This document shows, in pieces, positions 28,892-32,000 of a DNA stretch of 32,000 nucleotides. Where the stretch lies: positions 1,000,064-1,032,063 of the forward strand of contig NZ_JHUX01000003.1 in assembly GCF_000619845.1 (NCBI RefSeq), in the 5' to 3' direction. The stretch comes from Alkanindiges illinoisensis DSM 15370 (GTDB lineage Bacteria > Pseudomonadota > Gammaproteobacteria > Pseudomonadales > Moraxellaceae). Position numbers and translations under genes: made by a program. The stretch's first letter is position 1. Each line of letters opens with the position of its first letter. Below the pieces are notes generated by a model. It did no database searches, was not told where the DNA came from, and saw only the letters and a program-made list of their open reading frames with translations.

Positions 28892-31429
28892 ATGAAAATC
28901 GTTGTAATTGGTCATGGTATGGTGGGTCATAAACTGATTGAAAGCCTGGTTGATCAGGCTGATGTCGAACTTACCGTCATTGCTGAAGAACCACGCCCTG
29001 CGTACGACCGCGTTCATCTGACCGAATATTTTTCCGGTAAGAGTGCCGATGACCTGCTGCTGGCGCGCCATGATTTTGCGGATGCATACGGCATTGCCCT
29101 GCACCTCAACACCAAGGCCACCAGCATTGATACTGCCAATAAGACTGTCACTACCGCGGATGGCCGCCAGATTGACTACGATAAGCTGGTACTGGCCACG
29201 GGTTCTTATCCATTTGTTCCGCCATTACCGGGCAAGGATCGCGACAACTGTTTTGTGTACCGTACCATTGAAGACATGGATGCCATGCGCAACGCCAGCT
29301 TATCCGCCAAAACCGGTGTGGTAATTGGTGGTGGCCTGCTGGGACTGGAAGCTGCCAAGGCGTTAAAAGACTTGGGCCTACAAACCCATGTGGTGGAATT
29401 TGCGCCGCGCCTGATGGCCGTACAAATTGATGATGGCGGCGGCAAGGTACTGCGCAAGAAAATTGAAGAGCTGGGCGTGGGTGTTCATACTCAGAAAGCC
29501 ACCACTGAAATTGTGGATGGCGACAATGCTTTTCACAAAATGAACTTTGCCGATGGCTCGTACCTTGAAACTGACATGATTGTGTTTTCTGCCGGGATTC
29601 GTCCACGTGATGAGCTGGCACGTCAGGCTGGACTTGCAATGGGCGAACGTGGCGGTATTGTCATTAACGACTATTGTCAGACCTCTGACCACGATATTTA
29701 TGCCATTGGTGAATGTGCGCTGTGGCAAAACAAGATTTTTGGACTGGTGGCACCGGGCTACGACATGGCTCGTGTAGCCGCTGACCATATTCTGGATCAG
29801 CCCAGCAAAACCTTTGCTGGCGCCGATATGAGCACCAAGCTCAAACTGATGGGTGTGGATGTTGCTTCAATCGGCGATGCGCATGCCATGACACCCGATA
29901 GCCTGTCCTATCAGTTCTGCGATGAAACCAGACAAATCTATAAAAAGCTGGTGGTGAATAAGGACAAAACCCGTCTGCTGGGTGCGGTGCTGGTGGGTGA
30001 TGCTGCGGAATACGGTGATCTGCTCCAAATGATGCTGAACGGCATGGATTTGCCGGAACAACCCGAAGCACTGATTTTGCCTGCAACCGGCAATGCCCCA
30101 AAAACTGCTGGTGGCGCTGGTGTGGACTTGCTACCAGATTCAGCAGTCATGTGTTCCTGCAACAACGTGACCAAGGCTGATTTATGTAGTGCGATTGGTG
30201 CCGGTAACACCACGCTGGCCAGTTTGAAAAAATGCACCAAGGCAGCCAGTTCCTGTGGCGGTTGTGCGCCTTTGGTCACTCAGGTTTTAAAATCCGAGCT
30301 GAAACGTCAGGGTGTGACCGTCAACAATCATCTCTGCGAGCACTTCCCCTACTCACGTCAGGAAATTTACCATCTGGTGCGTGTGGGCAAAATCCAAAGC
30401 TTTGAAGAATTGCTGCACAAGCATGGCAGCGGTCTGGGCTGTGACATTTGCAAGCCAACCGCATCCAATATTCTGGCCTCCTGCTGGAATGATTTTATCC
30501 TCAAGCCACAGCATGCTGGCCTGCAAGACAGCAACGACTACTTTATGGGCAACATCCAGAAAGATGGCAGTTACTCCATTGTGCCGCGTATTGCTGGTGG
30601 CGAAATTACTCCCGAAGGCCTGATTGTTATTGGTCAGATTGCCAAGGATTATGGCCTGTATACCAAAATTACCGGTGGCCAGCGTATTGACCTGTTTGGT
30701 GCCCAAGTGCATCAATTGCCTGAAATCTGGGAAAAATTGATTGATGCTGGCTTTGAATCCGGCCACGCTTATGGCAAGTCGTTGCGTACCGTGAAGTCCT
30801 GTGTAGGTAGCACCTGGTGCCGTTATGGTGTGGGTGATTCGGTCAAGCTGGCGATTGATCTGGAAAACCGCTACAAGGGTCTGCGTTCTCCACACAAGCT
30901 GAAAATGGCGGTATCTGGTTGCACCCGCGAATGTGCCGAAGCGCAAGGCAAGGATGTGGGCGTGATTGCTACTGAAAATGGTTGGAACCTGTATGTATGC
31001 GGCAATGGCGGGATGAAACCACGCCATGCCGAACTGCTGGCTGGCGACTTAAGCACTGAAGACCTGATCAAATATATTGACCGCTTCTTTATGTTCTATA
31101 TCCGCACTGCGGATCGCCTGCAACGCACCAGCGTCTGGCGCGACAATCTGGAAGGTGGCCTGGATTACCTAAAAGACGTAATTATTCATGATTCCTTAGG
31201 TCTGGGTGCCGAGCTTGAAGCGGAGATGGCCATCATCATTGCCACTTATGAAGATGAATGGAAAAACGCCGTTACCAACCCGGAAGTTCGTCAGCGTTTC
31301 CGTACCTTTGTGAACAGTGCAAAAGTAGATGAGCATATTGAATTTGTCGCTGAGCGCGGCCAGATTCGCCCAATCACTGTTGATGAGCGTGCTGCACGCA
31401 AACGTATTCCAGTGGTTGCAGAAGTTTAA
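28892..31429 (+). CDS. nirB: Assimilatory NAD(P)H nitrite reductase large subunit
   Basis: 845 aa. N-terminal FAD/NAD domains (KIVVIGHGMVGH, VIGGGLLGLEAA), BFD-like 2Fe-2S (CSCNNV...CGGC), siroheme/4Fe-4S ligand motifs (SCVGSTWCRYG, SGCTRECAEA). AGGAAA RBS. Confidence 0.95.
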   Translation: MKIVVIGHGMVGHKLIESLVDQADVELTVIAEEPRPAYDRVHLTEYFSGKSADDLLLARHDFADAYGIALHLNTKATSIDTANKTVTTADGRQIDYDKLVLATGSYPFVPPLPGKDRDNCFVYRTIEDMDAMRNASLSAKTGVVIGGGLLGLEAAKALKDLGLQTHVVEFAPRLMAVQIDDGGGKVLRKKIEELGVGVHTQKATTEIVDGDNAFHKMNFADGSYLETDMIVFSAGIRPRDELARQAGLAMGERGGIVINDYCQTSDHDIYAIGECALWQNKIFGLVAPGYDMARVAADHILDQPSKTFAGADMSTKLKLMGVDVASIGDAHAMTPDSLSYQFCDETRQIYKKLVVNKDKTRLLGAVLVGDAAEYGDLLQMMLNGMDLPEQPEALILPATGNAPKTAGGAGVDLLPDSAVMCSCNNVTKADLCSAIGAGNTTLASLKKCTKAASSCGGCAPLVTQVLKSELKRQGVTVNNHLCEHFPYSRQEIYHLVRVGKIQSFEELLHKHGSGLGCDICKPTASNILASCWNDFILKPQHAGLQDSNDYFMGNIQKDGSYSIVPRIAGGEITPEGLIVIGQIAKDYGLYTKITGGQRIDLFGAQVHQLPEIWEKLIDAGFESGHAYGKSLRTVKSCVGSTWCRYGVGDSVKLAIDLENRYKGLRSPHKLKMAVSGCTRECAEAQGKDVGVIATENGWNLYVCGNGGMKPRHAELLAGDLSTEDLIKYIDRFFMFYIRTADRLQRTSVWRDNLEGGLDYLKDVIIHDSLGLGAELEAEMAIIIATYEDEWKNAVTNPEVRQRFRTFVNSAKVDEHIEFVAERGQIRPITVDERAARKRIPVVAEV

Positions 31430-31440
31430 TTGATTAATAA

Positions 31441-31510
31441 ACCCCTCCAACTCCCTGATAAATAGTGCTGGAAATCTCCTCCCTTTATTAAGGGGAGGTT
31501 GGGTGGGGTC
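31441..31510. repeat. REP-like C-tract/G-tract palindromic element in the nirB-nirD spacer
   Basis: ACCCCTCCAACTCCC (31441-31455) and CTCCTCCCTTT (31476-31486) can each pair imperfectly with AAGGGGAGGTTGGGTGGGGT (31490-31509). These are two mutually exclusive hairpins. Confidence 0.5.
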
Positions 31511-31527
31511 AAAAAAGAGATGCCAAA

Positions 31528-32000
31528 ATGAATCAAATGGTTAATACATGGATTGAGGTGTGCGCCTTAACAGAAATTGCTCCAGATACTGGCGCCTGTG
31601 CCCTGATCAATGGCCAGCAGGTTGCGGTTTTCCGCATGCGTGAAGATAACCGGATTTATGCCATTGGTAATCATGATCCGGCCAGCGGTGCCAACGTGCT
31701 GTCTCGCGGCATTGTCGGTGACTTGCAGGGTGAGCGCGTGGTGGCCTCGCCCATTTACAAGCAGCACTACAGTCTGGCTACGGGGCGCTGTATTGAAGAT
31801 GCCCAATATCAGGTGCCTGCCTATCCGGTGCAAGTGGTCGATGGCACTGTTTTTGTAGGTAGCATGCCGCAAAAAACCTATATCACCACGCCACAGGCCC
31901 GCGAAGAAAAAATGCGGCTAGTGATGGTGGGCAATGGTCTGGCTGGCATGCGCATGCTCGAAGAGCTGCTGGAAATTGCGCCCGACCTGTACGAGATTGA
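31528..32000 (+). CDS. nirD: NirD (nitrite reductase small subunit, Rieske-like fold) fused in frame to the N-terminus of an FAD/NAD(P)H pyridine-nucleotide-disulfide-type oxidoreductase; 3' end beyond the window
   Basis: Not in the ORF track because it has no stop in the window. My translation from ATG 31528: MNQMVNTWIEVCALTEIAPDTGACALINGQQVAVFR...VLSRGIVGDLQGERVVASPIYKQHYSLATGRCIED...VQVVDGTVFVGS, which aligns with E. coli NirD. It continues without a stop through MPQKTYITTPQAREEK into MRLVMVGNGLAGMRMLEELLEIAPDLYEI (GxGxxG at 31930-31947). Confidence 0.8.
   Translation, partial: MNQMVNTWIEVCALTEIAPDTGACALINGQQVAVFRMREDNRIYAIGNHDPASGANVLSRGIVGDLQGERVVASPIYKQHYSLATGRCIEDAQYQVPAYPVQVVDGTVFVGSMPQKTYITTPQAREEKMRLVMVGNGLAGMRMLEELLEIAPDLYEI

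Noticed and set aside
30353-31027. 224-aa ORF antisense to nirB
   Set aside because: Same reasoning: it is embedded in the conserved siroheme domain of nirB on the opposite strand, with no recognisable motifs.

Overview
A 32 kb chromosomal segment from a gammaproteobacterium. Gene order and protein sequences look Moraxellaceae/Acinetobacter-like, but I cannot verify that without a database. I support 29 protein-coding genes. One of them, a nirD-like ORF running off the 3' edge, is absent from the supplied ORF track. I found no rRNA, tRNA, CRISPR array, IS element, transposase, integrase or phage genes, and no recognisable defence or toxin-antitoxin module. Positions 1-21.4 kb are ordinary housekeeping genes: a CADD/TenA/PqqC-like protein, grxD, argD, a LysR regulator, an NlpD-like LysM/M23 lipoprotein, PBP5/6, the enterobacterial-type block nudJ-like/mnmA/hflD/purB, DUF2238-roxA-unknown, an HSL esterase, a membrane-anchored GltB-like FMN protein, divergent ppsR/ppsA, and a GYF-RDD membrane protein. 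Positions 21.6-32 kb form a composite nitrate-assimilation and molybdate island. It reads nasT-nasS (ANTAR antiterminator plus sensor), a secreted methyl-parathion-hydrolase-like MBL hydrolase, modCBA with a ModE N-terminal-domain-only regulator on the minus strand, then a sigma54-type promoter driving narK-type transporter, nirB and nirD. Several ORF-track starts (TTG/GTG extensions) were moved to better-supported internal ATGs. I do not see a clearly novel multi-gene system. The observations most worth follow-up are: (1) NirD fused in frame to an FAD/NAD(P)H reductase; (2) a molybdate system in which neither ModC nor the ModE-like regulator has a molybdate-sensing domain, yet an E. coli-like ModE operator is present; (3) the sigma54/NasT control region, which has no canonical ANTAR target; (4) a CADD-like dimetal protein; (5) an orphan acidic protein downstream of roxA; and (6) a multi-hairpin region 3' of ppsA. 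All family assignments come from motif recognition by eye and from memory, not from searches.
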